A DNA stretch of 64,000 nucleotides, from contig JAYQHX010000009.1 of NCBI GenBank assembly GCA_038141355.1, positions 377,978-441,977 of the forward strand, read 5' to 3'. A model generated the notes under the pieces. That model ran no database searches, had not been told where the DNA came from, and was given only the letters and a program-made list of their open reading frames with translations. Numbering within the stretch: position 1 is the stretch's first letter; each line of letters starts with the position of its first letter. The position numbers and the translations under genes are program-made. Positions 36,780 through 45,892 of the stretch are shown in pieces. The stretch comes from Methanobacteriota archaeon (GTDB lineage Archaea > Thermoplasmatota > Poseidoniia > Poseidoniales > Poseidoniaceae).

Positions 36780-37332
36780 CCCACTGTTTCAGATTGTTAA
36801 AGCCGTGCTTCATAATCAATCTTAGAGCCTTTAATTTGAATCCTCTTTCTTTTTCTTTGGGAGGAGTTTTTGGATTGATGAAATCCTTGATGTGATGATA
36901 GCCTTTTGGAACACCTTTGTATTCTTGTTCTTTTGTCAAAAAATTGCGATTCAAGTCAACGTTATTTTCGTTGAATCTTCGCCACCAAGCCATGCCGTAT
37001 GGATTGATTGTATGAATGAAAATTATTGCATGATCTTTGAAAATTTCTTGCTTAGATAAATCATCCATAACCGCTAATTGAATTGCACTACCAGGATAGC
37101 CTTCAACTCCGTGAATTCCGCTTGAGGAGAGTAGTACCTTTCCTGAATTGATATTCCCAACAATCGCAACATCGATGCACAAAGGCTCTCCTTCAGGGCC
37201 TTTCATCTCTAACTCTAATCTTTCACTTTCGACCTTGTGCCCAGACTCTCGCAAATCATCACAGGCAATCAAAAACCTGCCAGCGGCTTCAGCATACGAA
37301 TTTGCAAACCAAAACCGCCCTTCCATATTCAA
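36685..37332 (-). CDS. M14-like zinc carboxypeptidase fold protein (DUF2817-like), N-terminal part
   Basis: SSGIHGVEGYPGS (HxxE zinc motif) and HTINPYGMAWWRRFNENNVDLNRNF. Broken at the A4 run at 36730-36733 (plus-strand coordinates). Confidence 0.6.
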   Translation of the reverse strand: MNMEGRFWFANSYAEAAGRFLIACDDLRESGHKVESERLELEMKGPEGEPLCIDVAIVGNINSGKVLLSSSGIHGVEGYPGSAIQLAVMDDLSKQEIFKDHAIIFIHTINPYGMAWWRRFNENNVDLNRNFLTKEQEYKGVPKGYHHIKDFINPKTPPKEKERGFKLKALRLIMKHGFNNLKQWVAEGQYEDSKAIQFGGFELQPGPEVASRMVG

Positions 37333-37381
37333 TCTACAACAATCGATTGTTTCAAATTATGGTTGTAAGCAATTGACATAA

Positions 37382-37798
37382 TTGAGTGCATTATTTGTAA
37401 TCCATCAAATAGCACAATGTATGGACGAGACCCCATTGTTGACAATGACAAAGTCTCGCATCATCGACGAAATACCAGAGCTGGACGACAAATCTACGAA
37501 GTTGTTTCAAACATTGTCGACCCTATGCTCTTTTCACACCTGTGAAGATTTAGCAAGCTTCCTGTTTTCTGATATGTTTAGGGATTTAGTTGCAGCAGAA
37601 AGCCCGTGGATAGTTTTCGAAATAGGAGTCTATCGAGACCACACTATAACCATGGAAGCAATACCAACAGTTGATGGAATAAAGTTTGCAGATGCATCGA
37701 TGAAAGGAGTAATTCCTGACAACCTAGTTGATGTAAAAACAGAAAAAGACGCCAGCACTATTTTGACCTCTTGGTTTGAAGGAAACACAAACGAGTAA
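37382..37798 (+). CDS. hypothetical protein
   Basis: 138-aa ORF with a TTG start (internal ATG at MDETPLL). No motif recognised. Confidence 0.35.
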   Translation: MSALFVIHQIAQCMDETPLLTMTKSRIIDEIPELDDKSTKLFQTLSTLCSFHTCEDLASFLFSDMFRDLVAAESPWIVFEIGVYRDHTITMEAIPTVDGIKFADASMKGVIPDNLVDVKTEKDASTILTSWFEGNTNE

Positions 37799-37848
37799 AA
37801 CGATTGCTTGAAGTGTGGAGGACGCTCGGAATTAACCAAGGGGATGTC

Positions 37849-38318
37849 ATGAAAGGCAAGAAACTCCGCGATGTTTTGCCTGACCCAGACCCAGAGCAAA
37901 CATTGGAATGGCAAGAAGCAATTCGTGCCGTCAGTGATGCACTTGGACCTGAAAGAGCTCACAGATTGTTGCTAGAAACCATTGGAGCAGCACAAGCGGA
38001 AGGCATTGAAATCGATGTTGTCAACACCCCTATCTAAACACAATTCATCCTTCAGAAGAGCCAACTTATCCCGGTGATTTGGAAATCGAAAAGAGGATTC
38101 ACGGAGTCATTTCATGGAACGCAATGATGATGGTAACAAGAGCAAATAAGGCAAGTGACGGCATTGGCGGGCACATATCGACCTTCGCCTCTAACTCACA
38201 TCTTTGGGAAGTTGGGCAAAAAACCACTACTATCGAGGAAAAGACTTGGATGGTTGGGGAGACCACGTTTATTGGCAAGGCCATGCAAGTCCTGGAGTCT
38301 ACTCACGAGCTTGGCTAG
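37849..38318 (+). CDS. aceE: pyruvate dehydrogenase E1 component (homodimeric AceE type), N-terminal segments with two frame changes
   Basis: The sequence runs parallel to E. coli AceE through three frames. It reads DPDPEQTLEWQEAIRAV...; then, after the C4 run at 38027-38030, PYLNTIHPSEEPTYPGDLEIEKRIHGVISWNAMMMVTRANK...GGHISTFASNSHLWEVGQK; then, after the A6 run at 38218-38223, NHYYRG... Confidence 0.8.
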
Positions 38319-40525
38319 AAGGCCGCCTTACTAGAGAAAACATCGACAATTTCAGAATCGAATGCGATGGCAACGGATTATCTTCTTACCCACACCCAAG
38401 ATTGATGCCGGAGTTCTGGGAGTATCCTAGCGTTTCAATGGGTCTAGGTGGTATGACGGCTATTCATACAGCACGATTCAATCGCTATCTCTCAAATCGC
38501 GGATTAGCAGATACCTCAAACTCAAGAGTTTGGTATACCATGGGCGATGGTGAATCAGATGAGCCGGAATCCCTTTCTCAATTATCTTTAGCAGGTCGAG
38601 AAGATCTGAACAATGTGATTATGATAATGAATTGTAATCTTCAAAGGCTCGATGGACCGGTTCGCGGTAACTCGAAAATCGTTCAAGAATTAGAAGGAAG
38701 ATTCAGAGGTTCAGGCTGGAACGTAATCAAGATTCTTTGGGGTTCAATGTGGGACGATTTGTTTGCAAGGGATTCTGAAGGCAACCTCGCAAACAGGCTT
38801 AGCGAGTTAGTTGATGGAGACGAACAGAGAATCTTCACAAGCGATGCTGTTACTTTCAGGAACGAACTGTTCAACACACCACAATTGAAGGCGATGGTAT
38901 CTCACCTAAGCGATGAGGATTTAGAAGCCTTGGCTGCAAATCTTGGTGGCCACGATATGGTGAAGATTAACGCAGCAGCATATGCTGCTGCGGAAGCAAG
39001 CGATAAGCCAACGGTAATCATTGCTAGAACAATCAAGGGATATGGGCTTGGTCCGGCGTTTGCAGGTAGAAATTCTACCCACGGTAAAAAGAAAGCCGAT
39101 GAAGATTCAATCAAGTGGATGAGAGATGATTTGGGTCTAAAATTCACCGATGAAGAATTGAAAGAATACCCATTCGTAGACCCATCAACAGTTCCAGAGC
39201 TAGTTGAGTACGCCAAACAGAGAAGAGCCGCACTTGGAGGATTCTGTCCAGAAAGGCGTTCACCAAAATCTGAATTGTCACCACCAGGGGAAGATGGCTA
39301 CTCGACATTTGATGAAGGCACAAAAGGAGACATGCAAGTTTCAACAACCATGGCATTTGTCCGGCTCTTGAGAAACCTGATGAAGGATAAAGAGGTTGGA
39401 AAGAGAGTAGTTCCAATCGTTCCAGACGAGGCTAGAACCTTCGGTATGGACCCATTGTTCGCAGAATTTGGGATATATCACCCAGAAGGTCAACTTTACA
39501 CTCCTGTCGACCACAAGATGCTGATGAAATACAAAGAAAGCGAAAAGGGACAAGTCTTCGAAGAAGGAATTTCAGAAGCAGGTGCTCTATCCACCTTCAT
39601 AGCAAGTGCAACATCATATTCAACACAAGGTTGCCCAACAATTCCATTCTACATCTTTTACAGCATGTTTGGATTCCAGAGAGTTGCAGATTTGATTTGG
39701 TCTGCAGCAGACCAAAGAGCGCGTGGTTTCATGATTGGTGCAACCAGCGGAAGAACAACCCTCAACGGCGAAGGATTGCAACATCAAGACGGCCACAGTT
39801 TATTGATGGCACACACAAACCCTGCAGTAAGGGCTTATGACCCTGCGTTTGCATACGAACTAGCAACCATAATTCGGACAGGTATTGATGAAATGTACCT
39901 CCAAGATACGGATGTTATGTATTACATTGCAGTATACAACGAAAACCATCCGATGCCACCTAAACCAAAAGGTGTCGACGAAGGCATAATCAAAGGGATA
40001 TACAAATTGCGCAGCGCACCGGAAAAAGATGGACCAGTAGTCAGATTAATCGGATCAGGTCCAATAATGCTGCAACTTTTAGCAGCGGTCGAGATTCTAG
40101 AAAAGTACGGTGTAAATTCAGAGATTTGGTCAGCAACATCTTATGGCGAACTTCGAAGAGAAGGCCTAGAGTGTGAAAGAGAGAACAGGTTGAATCCTTC
40201 TAAAGATAGGAAGCAACCGTATGTTGAGCAGGTTCTAGGCGACGGAACACATCCAACAATCGCTGTAAGCGATAATCAAATCGCAGTTCCAGACATGATT
40301 AGACAATGGGTTGGTGGAGATTATACTGTTCTAGGAACAGATGGCTTTGGCCGCTCAGACACAAGGCCCGCACTTAGAAGACATTTCGAAATTGATTCTC
40401 AACACATTACCTTAGCAGCATTATCAGCGCTTGTAAGAAGTAAAGAAATCGATTCTAAGGTCTATGATAAGGCACTATCAGAATTAGGCGTAGACCTAGA
40501 AAGAACCGATATTACAGCACTTTGA
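38204..40525 (+). CDS. aceE: pyruvate dehydrogenase E1 component (AceE type), main body
   Basis: Long collinear similarity to AceE: YWQGHASPGVYSRAWLEGRLT, LSSYPHPRLMPEFWEYPSVSMGLG, GDGESDEPES, NCNLQRLDGPVRGN, IPFYIFYSMFGFQR, GRTTLNGEGLQHQDGHS, LGTDGFGRSDTR. Confidence 0.9.
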   Translation: MGSWAKNHYYRGKDLDGWGDHVYWQGHASPGVYSRAWLEGRLTRENIDNFRIECDGNGLSSYPHPRLMPEFWEYPSVSMGLGGMTAIHTARFNRYLSNRGLADTSNSRVWYTMGDGESDEPESLSQLSLAGREDLNNVIMIMNCNLQRLDGPVRGNSKIVQELEGRFRGSGWNVIKILWGSMWDDLFARDSEGNLANRLSELVDGDEQRIFTSDAVTFRNELFNTPQLKAMVSHLSDEDLEALAANLGGHDMVKINAAAYAAAEASDKPTVIIARTIKGYGLGPAFAGRNSTHGKKKADEDSIKWMRDDLGLKFTDEELKEYPFVDPSTVPELVEYAKQRRAALGGFCPERRSPKSELSPPGEDGYSTFDEGTKGDMQVSTTMAFVRLLRNLMKDKEVGKRVVPIVPDEARTFGMDPLFAEFGIYHPEGQLYTPVDHKMLMKYKESEKGQVFEEGISEAGALSTFIASATSYSTQGCPTIPFYIFYSMFGFQRVADLIWSAADQRARGFMIGATSGRTTLNGEGLQHQDGHSLLMAHTNPAVRAYDPAFAYELATIIRTGIDEMYLQDTDVMYYIAVYNENHPMPPKPKGVDEGIIKGIYKLRSAPEKDGPVVRLIGSGPIMLQLLAAVEILEKYGVNSEIWSATSYGELRREGLECERENRLNPSKDRKQPYVEQVLGDGTHPTIAVSDNQIAVPDMIRQWVGGDYTVLGTDGFGRSDTRPALRRHFEIDSQHITLAALSALVRSKEIDSKVYDKALSELGVDLERTDITAL

Positions 40526-40526
40526 T

Positions 40527-41195
40527 TCATTCGATAAATTCGCTAACTTCTTCCAAAGATTTCCTAGAAATATTTGGCACTTCTGCATTCTCTGCAGGGT
40601 ATCCAACCGGCAAAACGAGCATAGCATGTTCATGGTCAGGCCTGTTCAAAATTTTTCTGAGGAACCCCATCGGGGATGGCGTATGAGTTAATGTCACAAG
40701 CCCCATATTGTGTATTGCATGGATGAACATACCAGCAGCAATGCCGCAGGATTCCGTTGAATAATAGGTTGGCCCATCTTCTCCATTTGGCCTGATTCTC
40801 TTGGTTTGTCTGAATAAGACAACCACCCAAGGGGCATCCGTCATGTGTTCTTTGACAGCATCTGTGCCAAGCGGGTCTAGAACTTCTTTCCAGGCCTCAG
40901 GCATTCTTTGCTCGTAGGTTTTCCTCTCTTCCTCTTCGGCCGCCTCGCGCATTTTTTGCTTCAATTCTTGATTGCTCACAGCAATGAATTTCCACGGTTG
41001 AAGATGCGCGCCACTAGGAGCGGTAGAGGCTGATTTAATTGCCAATTCAATCAATTCACGAGGAACATCACGGTTTGAGAAATGCCTTGTCGTTCTTCTA
41101 GCATCCATCTGCTGAAAGAGTTGTTTAGCCCTAGAAATCATCTCTTCATTTGATAATTCATTCCACTCTAAAGGGATGAATCCATTTCCACTCAA
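40527..41195 (-). CDS. nitroreductase-family flavoprotein (iodotyrosine-deiodinase/BluB-like subgroup)
   Basis: 222-aa ORF with RRTTRHFSNRDVP...AIKSASTAPSGAHLQPWKF, typical of the FMN nitroreductase fold. Confidence 0.8.
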   Translation of the reverse strand: MSGNGFIPLEWNELSNEEMISRAKQLFQQMDARRTTRHFSNRDVPRELIELAIKSASTAPSGAHLQPWKFIAVSNQELKQKMREAAEEEERKTYEQRMPEAWKEVLDPLGTDAVKEHMTDAPWVVVLFRQTKRIRPNGEDGPTYYSTESCGIAAGMFIHAIHNMGLVTLTHTPSPMGFLRKILNRPDHEHAMLVLPVGYPAENAEVPNISRKSLEEVSEFIE

Positions 41196-42445
41196 ACCTT
41201 CACCTCAGGCAGTCTTCCACGTAGGCGCAACCAGGTTTCAGAACCGAAGGTTAGTGCGTATAGTGAAGCGATCCAAAGTGTGATTCTGTCACTGTTTTCG
41301 ATAGGTTCGTTGACCAGAATAACACATAACCAAGATAGCGTAATCAAATCTAATATCCATCTAAGTCCAGCCATAATTTGTTTGGAATTCGATTGCATAT
41401 CCGTTAGTTGAGTGTCGGTTAAAACCGCCGTCAAGCCCTTCAATTTGGACAATGCATTCCCTCCATTCCACTTTATTTTCCCTAATTTGAAACGGTTCCA
41501 TAAATCGATTATCAAGAATAGAGATACCCAAACAACAACTACTTCCAGTAAAGGCTCAGCACCCCGTAAATCAAGTCCATTAAACGACCAGTATAGCAGT
41601 CCAAACAACCACGCTACAATCACGATTTGTGACCATCTTGCAAATTTTGATAATTTGAGCAATAAAACTCCGTCATGAGATAGCAACATCTCTAGAGAAA
41701 TTACCAATCCGACACTTGCGGTTAGAACAAAACTACCAGCTAACCACCACCAATCGAGTGTTGAATCTCTCCATGCTAACATAAGCGCAATTAGCGTCCA
41801 AGCCATTACCAGCGAGGTGGTTGCATTCACCGTTGCTTGCATAACATAGAGAGGGTCTCTACCATCTTTGAGGACGGATAATCCGCCCATTAATTTCACC
41901 TCAAATGCAGAATCATCGACAATACCATGAGCAGCAGCAGTCATTCCTCCAATCGATTTCATTCTTGCCGCTTCAACAATTCCAATCGAATCTTCTTCAT
42001 CTTCACCTTTCCATCTAGAACCTTTTGCTGCTGCAGATGCTGCGCCTTTACCTCTTGAACGACCAACACCGCTGCTACGAGCCTTAGCCCAAGCTCTAAT
42101 TTCAGGAGTAGTTACCTCCTCAACCTGTTCTTCGTTAAGGGGCGCCCCGTGGTCGGTATACAACCATCTACACTGGATAGGAATTGGAGCAGGGTCTACA
42201 TCTGGTGCGACCATTTGGAATTGACCAGGGCCTAATGTTGGTAATTCCTTGACCAAACTTTGGTCGCCACCGCTTTCTTGCAATAAGTGACGGACCTTTT
42301 CAACATCTTGTGGTTGGGTAAATCTTCCAATGAATGTTGTATTGGCTTGGGCGAGAATTTTGTAATCAACATCTGAAACGTTTTGGGTTGCTAAAACACA
42401 GGCTACTCCGTATTTTCTTGCCTGTTTGAATATGAGTTTAATCAA
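41192..42445 (-). CDS. DUF853-like ATPase C-terminal part fused to a polytopic membrane domain
   Basis: With one base added, the protein continues PPHPRNPPAKDLIKLIFKQARKYGVACVLATQNVSDVD (the family RKYGV...ATQ motif). About 230 aa follow, with six or more hydrophobic helices. Confidence 0.65.
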   Translation of the reverse strand: MIKLIFKQARKYGVACVLATQNVSDVDYKILAQANTTFIGRFTQPQDVEKVRHLLQESGGDQSLVKELPTLGPGQFQMVAPDVDPAPIPIQCRWLYTDHGAPLNEEQVEEVTTPEIRAWAKARSSGVGRSRGKGAASAAAKGSRWKGEDEEDSIGIVEAARMKSIGGMTAAAHGIVDDSAFEVKLMGGLSVLKDGRDPLYVMQATVNATTSLVMAWTLIALMLAWRDSTLDWWWLAGSFVLTASVGLVISLEMLLSHDGVLLLKLSKFARWSQIVIVAWLFGLLYWSFNGLDLRGAEPLLEVVVVWVSLFLIIDLWNRFKLGKIKWNGGNALSKLKGLTAVLTDTQLTDMQSNSKQIMAGLRWILDLITLSWLCVILVNEPIENSDRITLWIASLYALTFGSETWLRLRGRLPEVKV

Positions 42446-43539
42446 GTCTTTTGCTGGAGGATTTCTTGGATGAGGGGAAGATAAGGCGCCACTTCATCCA
42501 TGAAGAATAGAAGTTTCAATTCGCCTTCTGCTGGTTGCTGCGTGAGCATCCAATCGTACAATTCTCTAGATAATTCTTGAACGAAATACTGCTTTTGTGC
42601 CTCATCTTGAATAGTGTTTAGGTAAACGATATTCAGTGGAATTTTATCGGGCATAGCCGGTTCACAAAACGAATCAATATCGATTGGCACACCGTTTGAA
42701 AACAGTAATTGATTGACTCCACTGCTAAATGCAGCCAATCTTCTTGCGAGGTCATTCCTCGTTGATTTTGGTAACATTTCGTCATAGTCTCTCAGCCCAT
42801 GCTCGAACATTATCTCGTCCCAAGCGGGTAATTCAGGTGCTTCACCATCCTCTATGTCGATGAAACATTCAGGATATAGCGCTCTTGTGAAGTTCTCTTG
42901 CGGCTCCTTGACAACCTTGGCTAATCCTCTAAAATCACTTACATCTAGACCGAGTCTAGTTCCATGAACCAAGATCTCATAGAGGAATGGTTTGACGACC
43001 TTTCCCTGCGTTTTTTCAACATCAAAACCAGCTAGATTGCTAAATCCAGCAGCCACCATGTCCCAAGCAGTAATCGCTTCTTCCGGGTCTAAATCGGCTG
43101 GAGGTGAACGAAATGGATCGATACATAATGGAAGTCCTTTAGAACGTAGAGGAGTCCAGATTCGAACCTCCATTTTTGACATCAATTTTTTCATTCTATC
43201 GACTTCGCCGCCCTGATTTCTCAATTCGTCCTCATCTATTCCAAGAGCGAGTCTTGCAAGGTCTCCTTGTGGGTCTAGAATGAGAGATGGAATTCCTGCT
43301 AGTGCCGCTTCTTCAATTACAGTCTTTGCCATTACAGTCTTTCCTGAACCGGTAGAACCAAGCATTGCCGCGTGTCTTGCCAGAACCATTTTGTCGATTT
43401 GAATAATTTCGCCATTATCCCTTCTTTCACCAAGAAGCATACCTTTTGCTTTGATTTTCTTTTTCGGCTTTTCAGCGGCCGGAGTCTCAAGAATTTCATC
43501 GACGAGGTCCCTTAGATGAGTAGGACCTTCTTCCGACAT
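42442..43539 (-). CDS. HerA/FtsK-superfamily P-loop ATPase (DUF853/YjgR-like), N-terminal part
   Basis: Walker A AMLGSTGSGKTVMAK, followed by GIPSLILDPQGDL, and Walker B LLFFMDEVAPYLP. Broken at the G4 run at 42474-42477 (plus-strand coordinates). Confidence 0.7.
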   Translation of the reverse strand: MSEEGPTHLRDLVDEILETPAAEKPKKKIKAKGMLLGERRDNGEIIQIDKMVLARHAAMLGSTGSGKTVMAKTVIEEAALAGIPSLILDPQGDLARLALGIDEDELRNQGGEVDRMKKLMSKMEVRIWTPLRSKGLPLCIDPFRSPPADLDPEEAITAWDMVAAGFSNLAGFDVEKTQGKVVKPFLYEILVHGTRLGLDVSDFRGLAKVVKEPQENFTRALYPECFIDIEDGEAPELPAWDEIMFEHGLRDYDEMLPKSTRNDLARRLAAFSSGVNQLLFSNGVPIDIDSFCEPAMPDKIPLNIVYLNTIQDEAQKQYFVQELSRELYDWMLTQQPAEGELKLLFFMDEVAPYLPLIQEILQQKT

Positions 43540-43630
43540 AACCGCGCCAATCGCGCATACCCTCTTGAGGATGACTACAAATCAACCAGTAAAGAGACAC
43601 ACTCAAGGGTGGGAATTATTTCGCCGATAC

Positions 43631-44683
43631 ATGGAGCGTATTCCTCTTGCTAAACCATTTTGGGACGAGGAATGTGAATCGGCCGCTATCAAAACTCTGG
43701 CAAGCGGGAGATGGGTAAAAGGGCCACAAGGTCAAGCCTTTGGAAAGGAGTTCGCTGAGTGGTGCGGAGCTCTTGCAGCAGCACCATGTCAAAGCGGGTC
43801 TGCAGCCCTTTGGGCGGCTCTGAAATTGTTTGATATTGGGCCAGGTGATGAAGTAATAGTCCCAGGAATGACGTTTATTTCTACAGCAACATGCGTTAGT
43901 TTAGTTGGAGCGACTCCGGTTTTTGCGGATATCGAAGAAGATTACTGGTGCATATGTCCAAAAGATGTTGAATCAAAAATTACTGAAAACACCAAAGCCG
44001 TAATCGGAGTACATCTTTTCGGCCAACCCTTCTCTGAAAAGATCAGAGAAATCTGTGACAAACATGGGCTGGCATTAATCGAGGACGCTGCACAGGCTCA
44101 CGGTGCGATGTTGAATGGGAAAATGGCAGGCTCAATTGGCGATGTAGCATGTTTCTCGTTCTTCCCTTCCAAGAATATGGCAGTTGGGGGAGAAGGGGGC
44201 ATGATTTGTACCACAAGGGCAGATTTGGCAGATAAGTTGGATAGAATCGTAAATCATGGCCGCAACGAGAATCTGGAATCAATTGAGTTAGGAACTAACA
44301 TGCGTATGAGCGAAGTAAATGCCGCAATAGGTAGAGTTCAACTCAAACACGTCGATGAATGGGTAAAGAAGCGCAATGAAAACGCTTTGAAAATAAATCA
44401 TTTTACATCAGTTAGAGAAAACTGTGTACATGGTTGGCACCAATTATGCGTTTTCTCAGATGAGCCTGAAGAATTGATTTCTCGAATGAATGAAAACGAA
44501 ATAGATGCAAGAGTGCACTATCCATTAATTTTGAACAAGCATGCCGTTTACAATGAACATTTCCAACATGGAACCGACCTTCTTATAAGCGAAAGAGTCT
44601 CAAAAAAATTAGTTGCAATACCGGTTCATCCAAGTTTGTCTGACACAGATATCGAAAGAATCAATTTAGTTTTGAATACTTGA
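43631..44683 (+). CDS. DegT/DnrJ/EryC1/StrS-family PLP-dependent sugar aminotransferase
   Basis: Family pattern IPLAKPFWDEEC...GRWVKGPQGQAFGKEF, DEVIVPGMTFIST and FSFFPSKNM (PLP lysine context). The ORF track opens at TTG 43565; ATG 43631 (MERIPL) fits the family N-terminus. Confidence 0.8.
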   Translation: MERIPLAKPFWDEECESAAIKTLASGRWVKGPQGQAFGKEFAEWCGALAAAPCQSGSAALWAALKLFDIGPGDEVIVPGMTFISTATCVSLVGATPVFADIEEDYWCICPKDVESKITENTKAVIGVHLFGQPFSEKIREICDKHGLALIEDAAQAHGAMLNGKMAGSIGDVACFSFFPSKNMAVGGEGGMICTTRADLADKLDRIVNHGRNENLESIELGTNMRMSEVNAAIGRVQLKHVDEWVKKRNENALKINHFTSVRENCVHGWHQLCVFSDEPEELISRMNENEIDARVHYPLILNKHAVYNEHFQHGTDLLISERVSKKLVAIPVHPSLSDTDIERINLVLNT

Positions 44684-45199
44684 TCATTTTTGACAATGAA
44701 GCATTTGACCATCCAGGTAAATGTGTCAATTCAAGATTGGTCCAATTTGGGATAATGACCTCTTGGCCCTCATCCTCTAACTCTACTTCCGCAATAATTA
44801 GGCCCCCAAGAACTCCTTCAAACTCATCGATTTCCCACAATAAATCATCCACTCCTCGCCAATAATATCTGGTTTTAGAAACGCAGGGCAATCCGGTTAA
44901 ATCAAGAGTCCCCCATGTTTCCGAATCGATTTCCCATTCGTATTCAATCGCTGATGCACCTAATCTTTCGCCTTTTGCAGTCAGAATATATCCTCCACCG
45001 TAATCTCTCAATCGCCAAGTGGTAATTTGTGTTAAATCAACATCAGATGAGGCAAGTTTATTGCCGTTGAAGAAAACTTGGCCATCATCAACATTAACAT
45101 CATGTAGGTAAAATTGAACAATCTGGTCAAATTATCGCCTCTCCAAGGCTTATCTGACCGGCCATCGACGAGAAATCTTCTTTCAATTTCCATTCTCAT
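44661..45199 (-). CDS. CYTH-domain protein (CyaB/thiamine-triphosphatase-like), frame change near 45129-45131
   Basis: The upstream frame gives M(R)MEIERRFLVDG (the CYTH EIERKFLV signature). Adding one base links it to IVQFYLHD...YILTAKG...EYEWEID...WEIDEFEGVLGGLIIAEVE in the track ORF 44661..45011. Confidence 0.65.
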
Positions 45200-45250
45200 T
45201 AGTTCTCATCCTCAATTTTTTGAGTACGAGCTTTGGACATCAAATCTTCA

Positions 45251-45794
45251 TCAACAAACCAAAATGTTGGAGTTTTCCCTGATGTGCTTGTCCCAATGTT
45301 GAACTGTTCTAGCCCACATTTCAGTATCAGCATTGGATTTACAATAATCTAGAATCCAATCCATTTGCTCTTGCATTTCTTTATCTTCAGGGCAGTTTCG
45401 TTTTAGATTCTCGGCGGTTAATGCCATGTTCATCATGAACATTGGCGATAGAGCATAAGTCCAAAATGGATTTCTTTTCAAAATCAACACTTCTTTGCGC
45501 AGTCCATAAGAGAAAACACGGTCATACAGATATCCAATGCACAACACAATCAAAACAAGCATTACAAAAATTCCAATCAAGACCGAAATAGGTCGCTGAA
45601 ATTCCCATAATCGAGTTTCCAAAACATAACCCTTCGTCACATTGTCCAGAAAATCTCCAACTCACATATGGCCATAATAATAGTGTCAAAGATGAGCCCA
45701 ATAGGCCCATTGAAATAATTGATTGGGATTGCTGCATTCTCCAATATTGACGCATTACCCATTTCTTGACAGGATTGATTTCAGAACTTGTCAT
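45251..45794 (-). CDS. hypothetical membrane protein (frame change near 45650-45653)
   Basis: Track ORFs 45522..45818 and 45251..45640 fuse if one base of the run is removed (...LLWPYVSWRFLDNVTKGYVLETRLWEF...). There are two TM segments. Confidence 0.4.
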
Positions 45795-45892
45795 CGGACT
45801 ACACACGACACCGCTCATTCATATTATCATGGGTTGAATTGTCTAAGAAATATACCAATGTTGCATTATATGACAACATCCAACGACTGTAC

